Source: an uncultured Erysipelotrichaceae bacterium (GTDB taxonomy: Bacteria; Bacillota_I; Bacilli_A; RF39; UBA660). From it: a stretch of 64,000 bases of DNA. The stretch covers positions 4,929 to 68,928 of the forward strand of contig CADAWN010000002.1 of NCBI GenBank assembly GCA_902791625.1. The letters are read 5' to 3'. Made by a program: the position numbers and the translations under genes. The notes beneath the pieces were generated by a model. It was not told the DNA's origin and did no database searches. It was given only the letters and a program-made list of their open reading frames with translations. Positions 29,820 to 39,818 of this stretch are shown piece by piece (within the stretch, counting starts at the first letter, position 1; each line of letters begins with the position of its first letter).

Positions 29820-29968
29820 TAAAGGACTTCAGCTAGATTATCTCTTATTAAATAATCATATCTAAAAGGATAATGAGTTACTAAGTCTTCAATAGTATTT
29901 ATTCCTATTTTTCCAAGTAGTGAAAGTGATTTGGGACCAATTCCTTTAACATCTTTTAATTCGTTCAT
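29819..29968 (-). CDS. RecG N-terminal fragment as a separate 49-codon ORF
   Basis: MNELKDVKGIGPKSLSLLGKIGINTIEDLVTHYPFRYDYLIRDNLAEVL matches the canonical RecG N-terminus. Its TAA stop overlaps the recG ATG as TAATG. Confidence 0.6.
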   Translation of the reverse strand: MNELKDVKGIGPKSLSLLGKIGINTIEDLVTHYPFRYDYLIRDNLAEVL

Positions 29969-30082
29969 ACGTATCACTTCCTTACCTCGCTTATTGTATC
30001 ATAAACCACCTCAAAAATCAAACAAAAAGTTAGAATTTTAAATATATTTTTGGTATAATAAGTTAGAGGTGAATATAATAAA

Positions 30083-30778
30083 ATGAAGAAAAAAACATTA
30101 ATAAACATTATTAAACTTGCAGTAATATTTGTAGTTTTTCTGTTTAGTTCTCTATTTAAACTAATACCTGTATATCTATTTAATATAAATACAAAAAAAG
30201 CTAGTACTACTACTCTAACTTTATTAACAATATTTTCAGATATTTGTGTTTTAATCATTGCTTTACTACTATATGGTAAAGAGTTAAAAGCTGAATGGAA
30301 AGCATTTAAAAAGAAACCTGGAGAAAATTTTGATATAGCTATTAAATACTATTTTATAGGTCTAGGTATCATGATTGGTTCAAATATAATAATTAACTAT
30401 TTTTTAAAACTAGGTAATTCTCAAAATGAAACTCTTATTCAAGGTATGATTAAAACATCTCCATGGTTAATGTTATTATTTGCAGGATTATTTGCTCCTA
30501 TAATTGAAGAAATAGTATTTAGAAAATCTCTTAAAAATGTATTTAAAAATAAGTATTTATTTATATTTATATCTGGATTTGTATTTGGACTTTTACATAT
30601 TATTGGATATGATTTAAAAACACCACTTGAATTATTATATATAATTCCATATGGTGCGTTAGGTCTTATGTTTGCACTTATGGATTATAAAATAAATTCT
30701 ACTTATCCATCTATATTTATGCATATGTTTCATAATACCGTATTAACTCTTCTAGCAATATTTTTAAACATGTATTAA
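30083..30778 (+). CDS. CPBP-family intramembrane metalloprotease
   Basis: APIIEEIVFRKSL, FGLLH and HMFHN motifs. Confidence 0.85.
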   Translation: MKKKTLINIIKLAVIFVVFLFSSLFKLIPVYLFNINTKKASTTTLTLLTIFSDICVLIIALLLYGKELKAEWKAFKKKPGENFDIAIKYYFIGLGIMIGSNIIINYFLKLGNSQNETLIQGMIKTSPWLMLLFAGLFAPIIEEIVFRKSLKNVFKNKYLFIFISGFVFGLLHIIGYDLKTPLELLYIIPYGALGLMFALMDYKINSTYPSIFMHMFHNTVLTLLAIFLNMY

Positions 30779-30809
30779 ACATGTTTTTTTATGCACAAAA
30801 AAAGAAGTA

Positions 30810-31442
30810 TTAATTATCAATACCTCTTTCAATCGCACTATCCATTATTCCAAGAACTATTGCAAATACTGTTTGTATTAATACTAGTAATGCATATTCT
30901 AACCAGAATGAATCAGTCATAGCACCTCTATAATTAAACAACATGTAAATCATATTAAATATCAAACAACAAAACATATAATTAACTATTACTATAAATA
31001 TAGGAAGTCTTGTATTAACTAAGAAAAAGTTATAAATAGATAAACAAACTGATTGTGTCATAAAGTAACCTAAACCTATTGATATAATACTCGTAATTTC
31101 AAAACTACCAGTTATAAAATAATTAGTAAGTGATCCATATGTCAATAAAACAATAGTTGATATAACAACTGCTTTAACTCCTTCTTTATATCCTAAATCT
31201 TTATTAATCGCACAAGATAAAAAGTAAACTGTTGGGAATAATGCACTCATTACACTTATTTTAACCGCATCATAATCAACAAATATTTGTCTTGCTGAAT
31301 ATAAAAACATTAACAATGCACATAATAAAAATGTATATGCTCTATATAATTGTTTAACTGTTATTTCTTGTTCTTTAATTATTTCTTCTTTCTTTTTTCT
31401 TCCCACACTAAACACCTCTATTCTAATAAAAGTATAACACAT
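30810..31442 (-). CDS. Integral membrane protein
   Basis: 210 aa with 5-6 TM segments; no diagnostic motif. Confidence 0.4.
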   Translation of the reverse strand: MCYTFIRIEVFSVGRKKKEEIIKEQEITVKQLYRAYTFLLCALLMFLYSARQIFVDYDAVKISVMSALFPTVYFLSCAINKDLGYKEGVKAVVISTIVLLTYGSLTNYFITGSFEITSIISIGLGYFMTQSVCLSIYNFFLVNTRLPIFIVIVNYMFCCLIFNMIYMLFNYRGAMTDSFWLEYALLVLIQTVFAIVLGIMDSAIERGIDN

Positions 31443-31509
31443 GTAAACTTAATTTAAAACTATATTTTACATTATTATTTTTCATGATAAAATTATTATA
31501 GGTGATACT

Positions 31510-32424
31510 ATGATTACACGTGAAGAATTAAATAAAGATATTCATGAGGAAATTGAATATGAAGAAAAAAAAGAAAAAAGAAAAAAGGTTGCAAAAATAA
31601 TATTTAAAGTATTATTAATTATTTTTATAACTACTCTTTCTTTTCTACTTTATAATTATCATGTAACAACAAGAGGATTATCAGTAAGAGAAAAAAGAAT
31701 TATTGTTAATAATATACCTGATAATTTTAATGGTTGTAAAATAATTCATTTTGGTGATTTACATTATGGTTCAAATATATTTATAGATGAAGTAAAAACT
31801 TTAGTAGAAAAAGTCAATGAAAGAAAACCAGATATAATAGTATTTACTGGTGATTTAATTGAAGAAAAGTATAAAATAAAGAATAATGAACAAGAAAAAT
31901 TAATAAAAGAACTTAGTAAATTAGATGCAGAACTTGGAAAATATGCAGTTAGTGGAGATGAAGATAATAGTAACTTTAATACTATTCTTACTCAAGCAGG
32001 ATTTACAGTTCTTGACAATAATTATGATCTAATCTATAAGGATTCTAATAATCCTATATTAATAACTGGTTTATCAAATAAAAATATGGATATTAAAAAA
32101 GCATTTAATTATTATGAAGATGAAAAAAATAATAAAGAAATAACTAATATATTAATTATGCATGAAGCTGACATATTAGATAAAGTTAAAGATAAATATA
32201 ATGTTGATATAGCTCTTAGTGGTGGTAATCTAAATGGTATGATATATATACCTAAAATTGGAGGACTTGTAACTAGAAAAAATGCTAAAAAATATACAAA
32301 AGAATATTATGAAGTTGGTAATACAAAACTATTTATAACAAGTGGTGTTGGAACAGATAATATAGGAGTAAGATTATTCACAAGACAAGGTATTAATTTT
32401 ATAAGATTAGCAAAAAAGAAATAA
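31510..32424 (+). CDS. Membrane-anchored metallophosphoesterase (YkuE-like)
   Basis: IIHFGDLHYG and VFTGDLI calcineurin-like motifs follow an N-terminal TM segment. Confidence 0.8.
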   Translation: MITREELNKDIHEEIEYEEKKEKRKKVAKIIFKVLLIIFITTLSFLLYNYHVTTRGLSVREKRIIVNNIPDNFNGCKIIHFGDLHYGSNIFIDEVKTLVEKVNERKPDIIVFTGDLIEEKYKIKNNEQEKLIKELSKLDAELGKYAVSGDEDNSNFNTILTQAGFTVLDNNYDLIYKDSNNPILITGLSNKNMDIKKAFNYYEDEKNNKEITNILIMHEADILDKVKDKYNVDIALSGGNLNGMIYIPKIGGLVTRKNAKKYTKEYYEVGNTKLFITSGVGTDNIGVRLFTRQGINFIRLAKKK

Positions 32425-32427
32425 TAA

Positions 32428-33468
32428 TTATTTCTTTTTTATTTTTACATATATACTTCTATTACCTATTAATTCATCATTTAGATATATTTCTATATTA
32501 CCTATTTTTTGATTATTAACATAATTAGACATTTTATTTATTTTTATAATAGTTTTAACCTTATCTTTTTCTTCTTCTGAAAGTGGATATCTAAAAGATT
32601 TTTTTATATAGATTTCATCTTTAATTAGTTTATTATTCGAAATACTCTTCTTATCTACAATTACATAGTTTTTATATTTATTAAATATATAGTTATCTAA
32701 ATTTATATGATTTTGATAATGATTGGAATCTTTTAATGAGACTGTTGTAATTCTTAAATTATCTTTTTCTGCAGTAGATACTAATGTTTTACCTGCACTT
32801 GGGGTATATCCTGTTTTACCTCCAGTTGCATATTTATACATTTTTAAAAATTTATTTCTGTTATACCATAGATATGATTTATTATTTGATTGAACTTCAT
32901 ATTTATATGTAGATGTAATAGCTCTATAAGTTTTTGATTTTTTATAAATATATCTTGAAAGAATTGCCATATCATGAGCAGTTGAATAGTTTTTAGTTTT
33001 TTCATCTAAACCATGTGAATTACTAAATATTGTATTATTCATTTCTAATTCTTTTGCTTTATTATTCATTAGTTTTACAAATTCTTTTTCATCTTTACTA
33101 ATATTATTAGCAATAACAACAGCTGCATCATTACCACTTCTTAGTATTAATCCATATAGTAAATCTTTTAATTTCATTTCTTCTTCTACTTCTAAATATA
33201 TATTAGTTCCATACATTTCAAGTATTTCATCACCTACTTTATATACATCATTTAACTTACCTTCCTCAAGAGCAATAGTTGCAGTCATAATCTTAGTAAT
33301 TGATGCGATTAATCTTTTTTCATTCATGTTTTTTTGATATAGAATTCTACCACTATCTATATCCATTACAACACTAGATTTAGATGTATCATTAAATGCT
33401 GAAACATTTATAGGAATTATAATTAAAAGTATTACTAATACAATAAAGTTTTTTTTCACATATATCAC
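32428..33468 (-). CDS. dacA: D-alanyl-D-alanine carboxypeptidase (S11, PBP5-like)
   Basis: SITK (SxxK), SGND (SxN) and KTGYT (KTG) motifs plus a signal peptide. Confidence 0.85.
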   Translation of the reverse strand: MIYVKKNFIVLVILLIIIPINVSAFNDTSKSSVVMDIDSGRILYQKNMNEKRLIASITKIMTATIALEEGKLNDVYKVGDEILEMYGTNIYLEVEEEMKLKDLLYGLILRSGNDAAVVIANNISKDEKEFVKLMNNKAKELEMNNTIFSNSHGLDEKTKNYSTAHDMAILSRYIYKKSKTYRAITSTYKYEVQSNNKSYLWYNRNKFLKMYKYATGGKTGYTPSAGKTLVSTAEKDNLRITTVSLKDSNHYQNHINLDNYIFNKYKNYVIVDKKSISNNKLIKDEIYIKKSFRYPLSEEEKDKVKTIIKINKMSNYVNNQKIGNIEIYLNDELIGNRSIYVKIKKK

Positions 33469-33514
33469 CTAAAATAATATATGTTTTTATTTTTAATTTA
33501 TAAATAAAAAAGGA

Positions 33515-34069
33515 TTATCCTCTATATAATCCATGTATTTTTTCTCTATCAGTATCACTTATTTCATCAAGCACCCATTTTTTATTTTCTTTATGTAAAG
33601 TAAATACTATTTCATTTTTTATTCTATCATTTACTTTTGTCATTTCTTCTATTTTATAATCCCAGTATTTTTTTAAATCTAGTTTTCCATCTCCTGTTTT
33701 GAATTTTTTTTCATTACTATCAAAATAAGCTTCACTTTTATTTAAAGCATTTCTATAATCATACGTTTCTACTTCTACCGTTACATTAGCATTATTATCA
33801 TTTATATTTTTATTTTTTATCTCATATGATAAATTTTGATACTGTTTTTCCATTAGAGATTTATAATTACTTTTTTGTTCATCTGTTAAATCATTTCTAT
33901 TTTCTATAATTAAATCTAATTGATTTAAAACACTACTATCCATGCTTTGATACTTTTCTAGAAAATTTTCTACTTTAGCAGTTGGTGTAGTTGACATATT
34001 TTTACATCCGATACAAGTTAATATAATTAAATTAAATACTAAAATTATTTTTTTCATATATTCCTCCAT
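33515..34069 (-). CDS. Lipoprotein, function unknown
   Basis: Lipobox LTCIGC. Confidence 0.5.
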   Translation of the reverse strand: MEEYMKKIILVFNLIILTCIGCKNMSTTPTAKVENFLEKYQSMDSSVLNQLDLIIENRNDLTDEQKSNYKSLMEKQYQNLSYEIKNKNINDNNANVTVEVETYDYRNALNKSEAYFDSNEKKFKTGDGKLDLKKYWDYKIEEMTKVNDRIKNEIVFTLHKENKKWVLDEISDTDREKIHGLYRG

Positions 34070-34124
34070 TTATATATTGGAGATTATTTATATTTTTATA
34101 CAAAAAAAATCAACTTTCGTTGAT

Positions 34125-35243
34125 TTATTTAAACATTTGTGCATTTATAGAAGGAACTACAGGTTGTGCTTGTTGTGTAACCATTTGTTGAAGTTCTGCT
34201 TGTTTTTTAGCTTCTTCTTCAGCTGGTGTCTTTTTAAACATAGATTCATAAATCTCATGTAATTCTGCTTCTTTTTGAGCTCTTAAAGTAGTTAATTCTT
34301 TAATTTTTGCATCTAGATCTTTTATTTCACTTGATACTTTCTTAGCATTTTCTCTTTTTTCTTCTAAATCATTACCACTGTTTGCTTCTTTTGGAGCATC
34401 AGTATTAACAGGTTGTTGTTCAACTGTAGGTACTGCAATTACTGGTTTTTCAATTGCAGGAATTTCAAGATTTACAGATGCTTCTTGTTTCTTTGTTATA
34501 TCAAACATTTTTATATTATTAACAATATCACCTTGTGTTACAAATAAACTACATTTATCAGCTTCTACTTTAGCATAATTATCAATTGGTGGATTATTTT
34601 TTGCAGTATCAACATTTAATGTATAACTACAACGTTCAAAATAATCCATTGATTCTTTGCTCATATCACCACTAAATAATTCTTTATCAAAGTCTAATTG
34701 TTTAGCTGCATTAACAACTTTATCAAATTCACTACCTAATGTTGAATCTTTAACTACAGTAGAGTCTTTTCCTAAATCATAATTATCTAAATTACTAACT
34801 TGTTTTCCTAAATCTTTTTGACATTTAGCTTTTAACATTTCTGTAACTAGATATAGTGGTACTTTTGAATCTTCACTATTATCATTTTTAGTTGGGAAAG
34901 TTCCACCTAAAATGCTATTTTTTACATCTTGAGGTGCCTTTTTATCTATACCATTTATCATACCTAAAAGACAAACTACATCATCTATATATGCATGATG
35001 TATTTCATCATTTGATGCTAAACTAGTATTATCATCTACTAATTTTGAAAAATGATATTCTACAAACTTACGAGTATCTTCTGGGTTTGGTAAATAAGCC
35101 TTTTCCATTTGAAAATTCAAAAATTTAGTACTTGGACAAACCTTTATTAAATGATCTGGTCCAGATAATTGTTTAAATACATCTGACTTAAAAACTTCTA
35201 CTCCATTTTCATCTACAATTTTACCTTCACTATTACGTACCAT
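34125..35243 (-). CDS. Hypothetical protein with coiled-coil C-terminus
   Basis: 372-aa ORF whose C-terminal region is E/K/Q-rich and helical. Confidence 0.45.
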   Translation of the reverse strand: MVRNSEGKIVDENGVEVFKSDVFKQLSGPDHLIKVCPSTKFLNFQMEKAYLPNPEDTRKFVEYHFSKLVDDNTSLASNDEIHHAYIDDVVCLLGMINGIDKKAPQDVKNSILGGTFPTKNDNSEDSKVPLYLVTEMLKAKCQKDLGKQVSNLDNYDLGKDSTVVKDSTLGSEFDKVVNAAKQLDFDKELFSGDMSKESMDYFERCSYTLNVDTAKNNPPIDNYAKVEADKCSLFVTQGDIVNNIKMFDITKKQEASVNLEIPAIEKPVIAVPTVEQQPVNTDAPKEANSGNDLEEKRENAKKVSSEIKDLDAKIKELTTLRAQKEAELHEIYESMFKKTPAEEEAKKQAELQQMVTQQAQPVVPSINAQMFK

Positions 35244-35354
35244 ATATACACCTCTATCCTATTAATAGGATAACACAAAATGACATTTTTGAAAACAAAA
35301 AAATTCATTTTTATTTTTTTTATTATATTTATGTGATACAATTATATTGGTGAT

Positions 35355-36404
35355 ATGTATATGTTTAATATTTTAGCTATGTGCGATGATTATATTTTAG
35401 GAAATATTTTGAATATAGTTAAAAAAACTATCGATATTTTAGGTATAGTTGTTCCAATATTATTAATTATAGGTGGTAGTATTAATATTGCTAAAGGTGT
35501 ATTCAATCCAGAAGATAAAAAAGCTGTAAAAAAGGTTGTTAATCAATTTGTAAGTGCTGTTATTATTTTTCTATTACCTTTCGTAATTAATACAACAATG
35601 AAAATAATTAGTGTTGCAAATGATGATACAACAAGTGTTGGTATACATGATACAGGTAAAGTTGAAAGATTTGACTTAGCTACTTGTTGGAATAATATAA
35701 GAACTACAAAGATTGATTATACTGCTTCCTTTGATAGTTCAGTAAAGAAAACATCTGATGCAATACAAAAGGAACTAGAAAATAATAAATATGAACAAAT
35801 AATTCAAAATTATTGGAAAAAGAAAGAAGAAGAAAAACAAAAACAACAAAATAATAACAATAGTAACAACAATAACTCATCTTCTAACGTTCAAGCTCAA
35901 ACATTCAATAAAATTGTTTTAATTGGTGATTCAAGATTTGCTGGTTCTGATCAGTGGTATAAAATTGGAAATGAAAAAACTGTATACATTGCTAAAGGTG
36001 GTACAGGATTACAATATATTAAAGATCAAATGACTAACATAAAAAAATATGATAATGAAAATGCTGCTTTTGTAATTAACTCTGGAATCAATGATAGAGG
36101 TATAGTAAATAGTTATATTTCATATTTAAATGAACAAGCTAAAACATTTAAGGGAAAAGTATATTATTTATCAGTTAACCCTGTTGAAGAAAGCAAACAA
36201 CAAGGCAGTCCATACTATACAACAAATCAACAAGTTAATACTTTTAATGATAAAATGAAAAGTGGCTTAGATAGTAAATATATTACATATCTTGATAGCA
36301 ATTCATATTTAAAATCTAAAGGCTATAATACATCAGATGGTATTCACTATGATAAAGAAACATCTCAAAAAATATTTGATTTTATAACACAATACGTGAA
36401 ATAA
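35355..36404 (+). CDS. VirB2/TrbC-like two-helix membrane domain fused to an SGNH/GDSL hydrolase
   Basis: The N-terminus ILGNILNIVKKTIDILGIVVPILLIIGGSINIAKGVFNPEDKKAVKKVVNQFVSAVIIFLLPFV aligns with ORFs 57474-57785 and 56891-57385. The C-terminus carries LIGDSRFAG, GINDRG and DGIHY. Confidence 0.6.
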   Translation: MYMFNILAMCDDYILGNILNIVKKTIDILGIVVPILLIIGGSINIAKGVFNPEDKKAVKKVVNQFVSAVIIFLLPFVINTTMKIISVANDDTTSVGIHDTGKVERFDLATCWNNIRTTKIDYTASFDSSVKKTSDAIQKELENNKYEQIIQNYWKKKEEEKQKQQNNNNSNNNNSSSNVQAQTFNKIVLIGDSRFAGSDQWYKIGNEKTVYIAKGGTGLQYIKDQMTNIKKYDNENAAFVINSGINDRGIVNSYISYLNEQAKTFKGKVYYLSVNPVEESKQQGSPYYTTNQQVNTFNDKMKSGLDSKYITYLDSNSYLKSKGYNTSDGIHYDKETSQKIFDFITQYVK

Positions 36405-36453
36405 GCTTATAGCTTTTTTCTTTTAGAAAATAAATAATTTAAGGAGTGATAAT

Positions 36454-37458
36454 ATGAAGAAAAATGTATTAACAGGCTTACGTCCTACAGGTAATCTTCA
36501 TTTGGGACATTATTTTGGAGCTTGTGGTAATTATTTAAAATTACAAGATGATTATAATTTCTTTTTAGAAATTGCTGATGTACAAGCTTTAACTGATAAT
36601 TTTAATAATCCTGAAAAAGTTAGAAAAAATACTAAAGAAATAACAATGGATTTACTTGCTATAGGAGTTGATCCTAATAAAGTTAATTTCTTTTTACAAT
36701 CACAAATACCAGAAATAGCAGAACTTACTGTTTACTACTCTAATTTAGTAACAGTTTCTCGTTTACAAAGAAACCCTACTGTTAAGACAGAAATGGCTCA
36801 AAAGAAAGAACTATTTGGTAATAATGGAGAAAGTATTACCTATGGTTTCTTAGGATACCCTGTAAGTCAAGCTGCTGATATTACTGCTTTTAGTGGAGAA
36901 CTTATTCCAGTTGGAGAGGATCAACTTCCCCTACTTGAACAATGTCGAGAAATAGTTAGAAAATTTAATTCTATTTATGGTGAAACTTTAATTGAACCAG
37001 AACACTTGTTAAGTGATACTAAAAGAGTTAAAGGATTAGATGGAAATGAAAAAATGGGCAAAAGTTTAGGTAATGCTATTTTCTTAGTTGATAGTGAAGA
37101 TACTATTAAAGAAAAAGTTATGAAAGCAGTAACTGATCCAAATAAGATTAAAAAAGATGATAAAGCTAATCCAGATGTATGTATGGTTTATTACTATCAC
37201 AAACTACTTAATAATAATGTAGAAAAAGTATGTAGCGAATGTAAAAAAGGTGAACGTGGATGTGTAGCTTGTAAGATGGAACTTGTTAATGCAATTAATA
37301 AGTTATTAAAACCAATACAAGAAAAAAGAAAATACTATGAAGAGCATCCTGAAGAAGTAGATAGAATTTTAAAAGAAGGTACTTTAAAAGCTCAAGAAGA
37401 AGCTAAAGAAACAGTTAAAAAAGTTAAAAAAGCTATGATGATTGATTATGACATATAA
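36454..37458 (+). CDS. trpS: Tryptophan--tRNA ligase
   Basis: HIGH-type motif TGNLHLGHY and KMSKS-type motif KMGKS; about 334 aa, the typical size. Confidence 0.92.
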   Translation: MKKNVLTGLRPTGNLHLGHYFGACGNYLKLQDDYNFFLEIADVQALTDNFNNPEKVRKNTKEITMDLLAIGVDPNKVNFFLQSQIPEIAELTVYYSNLVTVSRLQRNPTVKTEMAQKKELFGNNGESITYGFLGYPVSQAADITAFSGELIPVGEDQLPLLEQCREIVRKFNSIYGETLIEPEHLLSDTKRVKGLDGNEKMGKSLGNAIFLVDSEDTIKEKVMKAVTDPNKIKKDDKANPDVCMVYYYHKLLNNNVEKVCSECKKGERGCVACKMELVNAINKLLKPIQEKRKYYEEHPEEVDRILKEGTLKAQEEAKETVKKVKKAMMIDYDI

Positions 37459-37490
37459 AAAGAATGTATAAATTAATATACATTCTTTTT
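37457..37490. terminator. Bidirectional terminator between convergent genes
   Basis: Stem AAAAGAATGTATA/TATACATTCTTTT with a 6-nt loop. Confidence 0.6.
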
Positions 37491-39051
37491 AATTTACTTT
37501 TCTTTTAAATTCTTCTAATGTTGTATCACTAAGTATTGAATATCTTGGTACTTTATACTTATCATTATTTCTTGTTGCTTTAACATTACCGCTTTCAAAA
37601 GCAAGTTTAAATCCTACATCTTTAACTGCCTTTATAGCAGTATCACTATAATTATAGAATGGATAACAGAATGCAGTACTATCTTTTATAACATCAATAG
37701 ATTTTTGTAAATCAGCTTTAGCTTCTTCATAGCTAGCACAAATAAGTTGACCTTTTCCACATGTTCCATAATTATGCATATCATATGTATGAGACTGAAT
37801 ATCTAAATTATTTGAACGATAGTTTTCTATATCCCACCATCCAGCTATTAAAAATAGTGTTGCATGCATATCATATTCTTCTAATACTGGAATTAATATA
37901 TTACCATTTTGTTTACCAGTACCCATCGCACCATCATCAATTGTTAATAAAACACTCTTTTCAGGTAATTCAATCTCACCATACATCCACTTATAGAATT
38001 CATCCATAGTAAGTGTCTTAAATCCATTATCTCTTAAATAATCAAGTTGTTCTCTAAATTTACTTTCTTTTAAACAAATAATCTCATTACATGCTTCACC
38101 TTTATCAGGATTATAGAAAAAGTGATAATTTAATACAGCTACTTTATTAGTTGTTTTTTCATAATAAGGTTTACCTTCTAACATTTTAGAAAATAATTCT
38201 AATGAAATATTATCTGTTATAACATATCTATTATGACTATTTCTATTAGATGGTTCATTATTATCTTTAAATTTAATACTATTATCATCAAGTACTATAT
38301 TTAATTTAGATTCTTTGTTAATACCTTTTATTTCATCTGTTAGATTACTAGTCATAAGAAGTACATAATTACCTTTAATCCTAATATTACCTTTAGTATA
38401 CTCTTTATATTCATCTAAAGTTAGACTCTCATATTTATTATCAGTTAGATGTTTTATTTCTTCTTTTATCTTATCAATACCTACACCATCATATTTAAAA
38501 ACACTTATATAACTATTTTCTTGTTCTTTTGTATTTTCTTTATTTTCTAACTTATCATCTTTATCTCTTTTTAGACCAAATAAAGTACCTAAATAATTAA
38601 CATAGTAATATTTATCATCCATATACTCTATTGGTAAAGAAAGCTCTTTATTTAGTTTTAAAACAAGTTTATCATTGTTATAAAATTCCATCTTTTTTCT
38701 TTTAATATTATTATTAAATACTAAATACTTATTTTTAAATTCTTTACCTTTAGTCTTTTCTACATCTTTATAATAAACATAGAAGTCTCCATTTTGTACT
38801 TTATAATACTCTTCTTCTTCACTTTTTCTTTTTGCTAAGTTAATAACAACATCTTTTTTTATAGAACCTATACTCTTCTTTTTAGAATCATATATATTAC
38901 TATCTTTAGTTACTATTACAGTATCTCCATAATTATTCTTGATTCTATTTTTCATAATTAAATAAGTTGCTAAAACTCCACAAGAAAAAAGTATTACAAG
39001 TATAATACTAATTATTATAATTGGTTTCTTTTTTACCTTTTTTCTTTTCAT
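37489..39051 (-). CDS. Membrane-anchored polysaccharide deacetylase (NodB homology domain)
   Basis: LLTIDDG and HTYDMH motifs in the C-terminal domain; N-terminal TM segment. Confidence 0.75.
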   Translation of the reverse strand: MKRKKVKKKPIIIISIILVILFSCGVLATYLIMKNRIKNNYGDTVIVTKDSNIYDSKKKSIGSIKKDVVINLAKRKSEEEEYYKVQNGDFYVYYKDVEKTKGKEFKNKYLVFNNNIKRKKMEFYNNDKLVLKLNKELSLPIEYMDDKYYYVNYLGTLFGLKRDKDDKLENKENTKEQENSYISVFKYDGVGIDKIKEEIKHLTDNKYESLTLDEYKEYTKGNIRIKGNYVLLMTSNLTDEIKGINKESKLNIVLDDNSIKFKDNNEPSNRNSHNRYVITDNISLELFSKMLEGKPYYEKTTNKVAVLNYHFFYNPDKGEACNEIICLKESKFREQLDYLRDNGFKTLTMDEFYKWMYGEIELPEKSVLLTIDDGAMGTGKQNGNILIPVLEEYDMHATLFLIAGWWDIENYRSNNLDIQSHTYDMHNYGTCGKGQLICASYEEAKADLQKSIDVIKDSTAFCYPFYNYSDTAIKAVKDVGFKLAFESGNVKATRNNDKYKVPRYSILSDTTLEEFKRKVN

Positions 39052-39060
39052 ATTTCACCT

Positions 39061-39612
39061 TTAAATAAATATATCTTTTTCTTTATTATACATCGGTTTA
39101 AATATTTTTGTACCCTTAAATTTTTCTATTTCTACTACTTTACCTTCTTCTAAACTTTTTTTAACATCTATTATTCTTTGATTTTTAGATCCTCTATAGT
39201 ATATATCTAAGCTTTTTTCTTCTATCAAGAATCTTCCATCTACTAAAACATCTACTTCTTCAAGTAGTTTTTTCATATTTTTATTTTCCATTATTTCTTC
39301 AAAGCGATAACCACTATAACACCATACATTCATTCCTAGTTTATGTGCTTCTTTAGCTATTTCTAGACATTGTAGAGGTTGAGCCATTGGGTCACCTCCA
39401 GAAAGTGTTATTCCATCTTGTCCTTTTAGTTCTCTTAATTCTTCTTTTATTTCTTCTATATCTTCAAGAAAACCACCTTTAAAGTCATGTGTTTGTGGAT
39501 TGTGACAAAAAGGACAGTCATGAGGGCATCCTTGTGTCCATACTACTGTCCTTATTCCTTCTCCATCTACTATACTATCGCTTTGTAATGTACTTGCTAA
39601 GCGAATTTTCAT
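39061..39612 (-). CDS. nrdG: Anaerobic ribonucleoside-triphosphate reductase activating protein (radical SAM)
   Basis: CPHDCPFCHNP CxxxCxxC cluster; adjacent to nrdD. Confidence 0.9.
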   Translation of the reverse strand: MKIRLASTLQSDSIVDGEGIRTVVWTQGCPHDCPFCHNPQTHDFKGGFLEDIEEIKEELRELKGQDGITLSGGDPMAQPLQCLEIAKEAHKLGMNVWCYSGYRFEEIMENKNMKKLLEEVDVLVDGRFLIEEKSLDIYYRGSKNQRIIDVKKSLEEGKVVEIEKFKGTKIFKPMYNKEKDIFI

Positions 39613-39614
39613 TA

Positions 39615-39797
39615 TTATTTTCCTTTAGCAGTTTTTTGTTCAGGGCAAAGTCCTGCAGTAGAATGTTTTACACGATCATGTTCTTCAGCTCTTTTACCAT
39701 TGTTAAAACGATCAACAGTTCCTACTAGATATCCTGTGATTCTTCTAATTCTTTCAAATCCTACGCCTTCTCCTACTTTTCTTTCTTCACTTTTCAT
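39615..39797 (-). CDS. Stand-alone glycyl-radical tail of NrdD (60 aa)
   Basis: EGVGFERIRRITGYLVGTVDRFNNGKRAEEHDRVKH aligns with the E. coli NrdD C-terminus VSVTRRVCGYLGSP..RPFNAGKQEEVKRRVKH. It has its own AGGAGG RBS about 8 nt upstream of the ATG. Confidence 0.75.
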   Translation of the reverse strand: MKSEERKVGEGVGFERIRRITGYLVGTVDRFNNGKRAEEHDRVKHSTAGLCPEQKTAKGK

Positions 39798-39818
39798 AAT
39801 TAATTCCTCCTTCTTTTT

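Noticed and set aside
29974-30258. 94-aa minus-strand ORF upstream of recG.
   Set aside because: It overlaps the start of the well-supported plus-strand CPBP protease gene. The recG N-terminal fragment begins at 29968 and accounts for the adjacent sequence.
34982-34993. YIDD tetrapeptide in ORF 34125-35243, considered as a possible reverse-transcriptase active site for the suspected DGR.
   Set aside because: None of the other RT motifs or a finger/palm layout surrounds it, and the protein is otherwise unlike RTs. It is a chance tetrapeptide.
35845-35890. AAC/AAT-rich run (QQNNNNSNNNNSSSN) considered as a candidate DGR template repeat.
   Set aside because: It shares none of the GC-rich invariant scaffold of 25538-25642 (GTGTGGCATGTGTCTTCG, GGCGTTCGCCC). 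It is a poly-Asn linker inside a coding region.
36405-36453. T-box leader upstream of trpS.
   Set aside because: The intergenic space is only 49 nt, far too short for a T-box, and no specifier or antiterminator elements are present.
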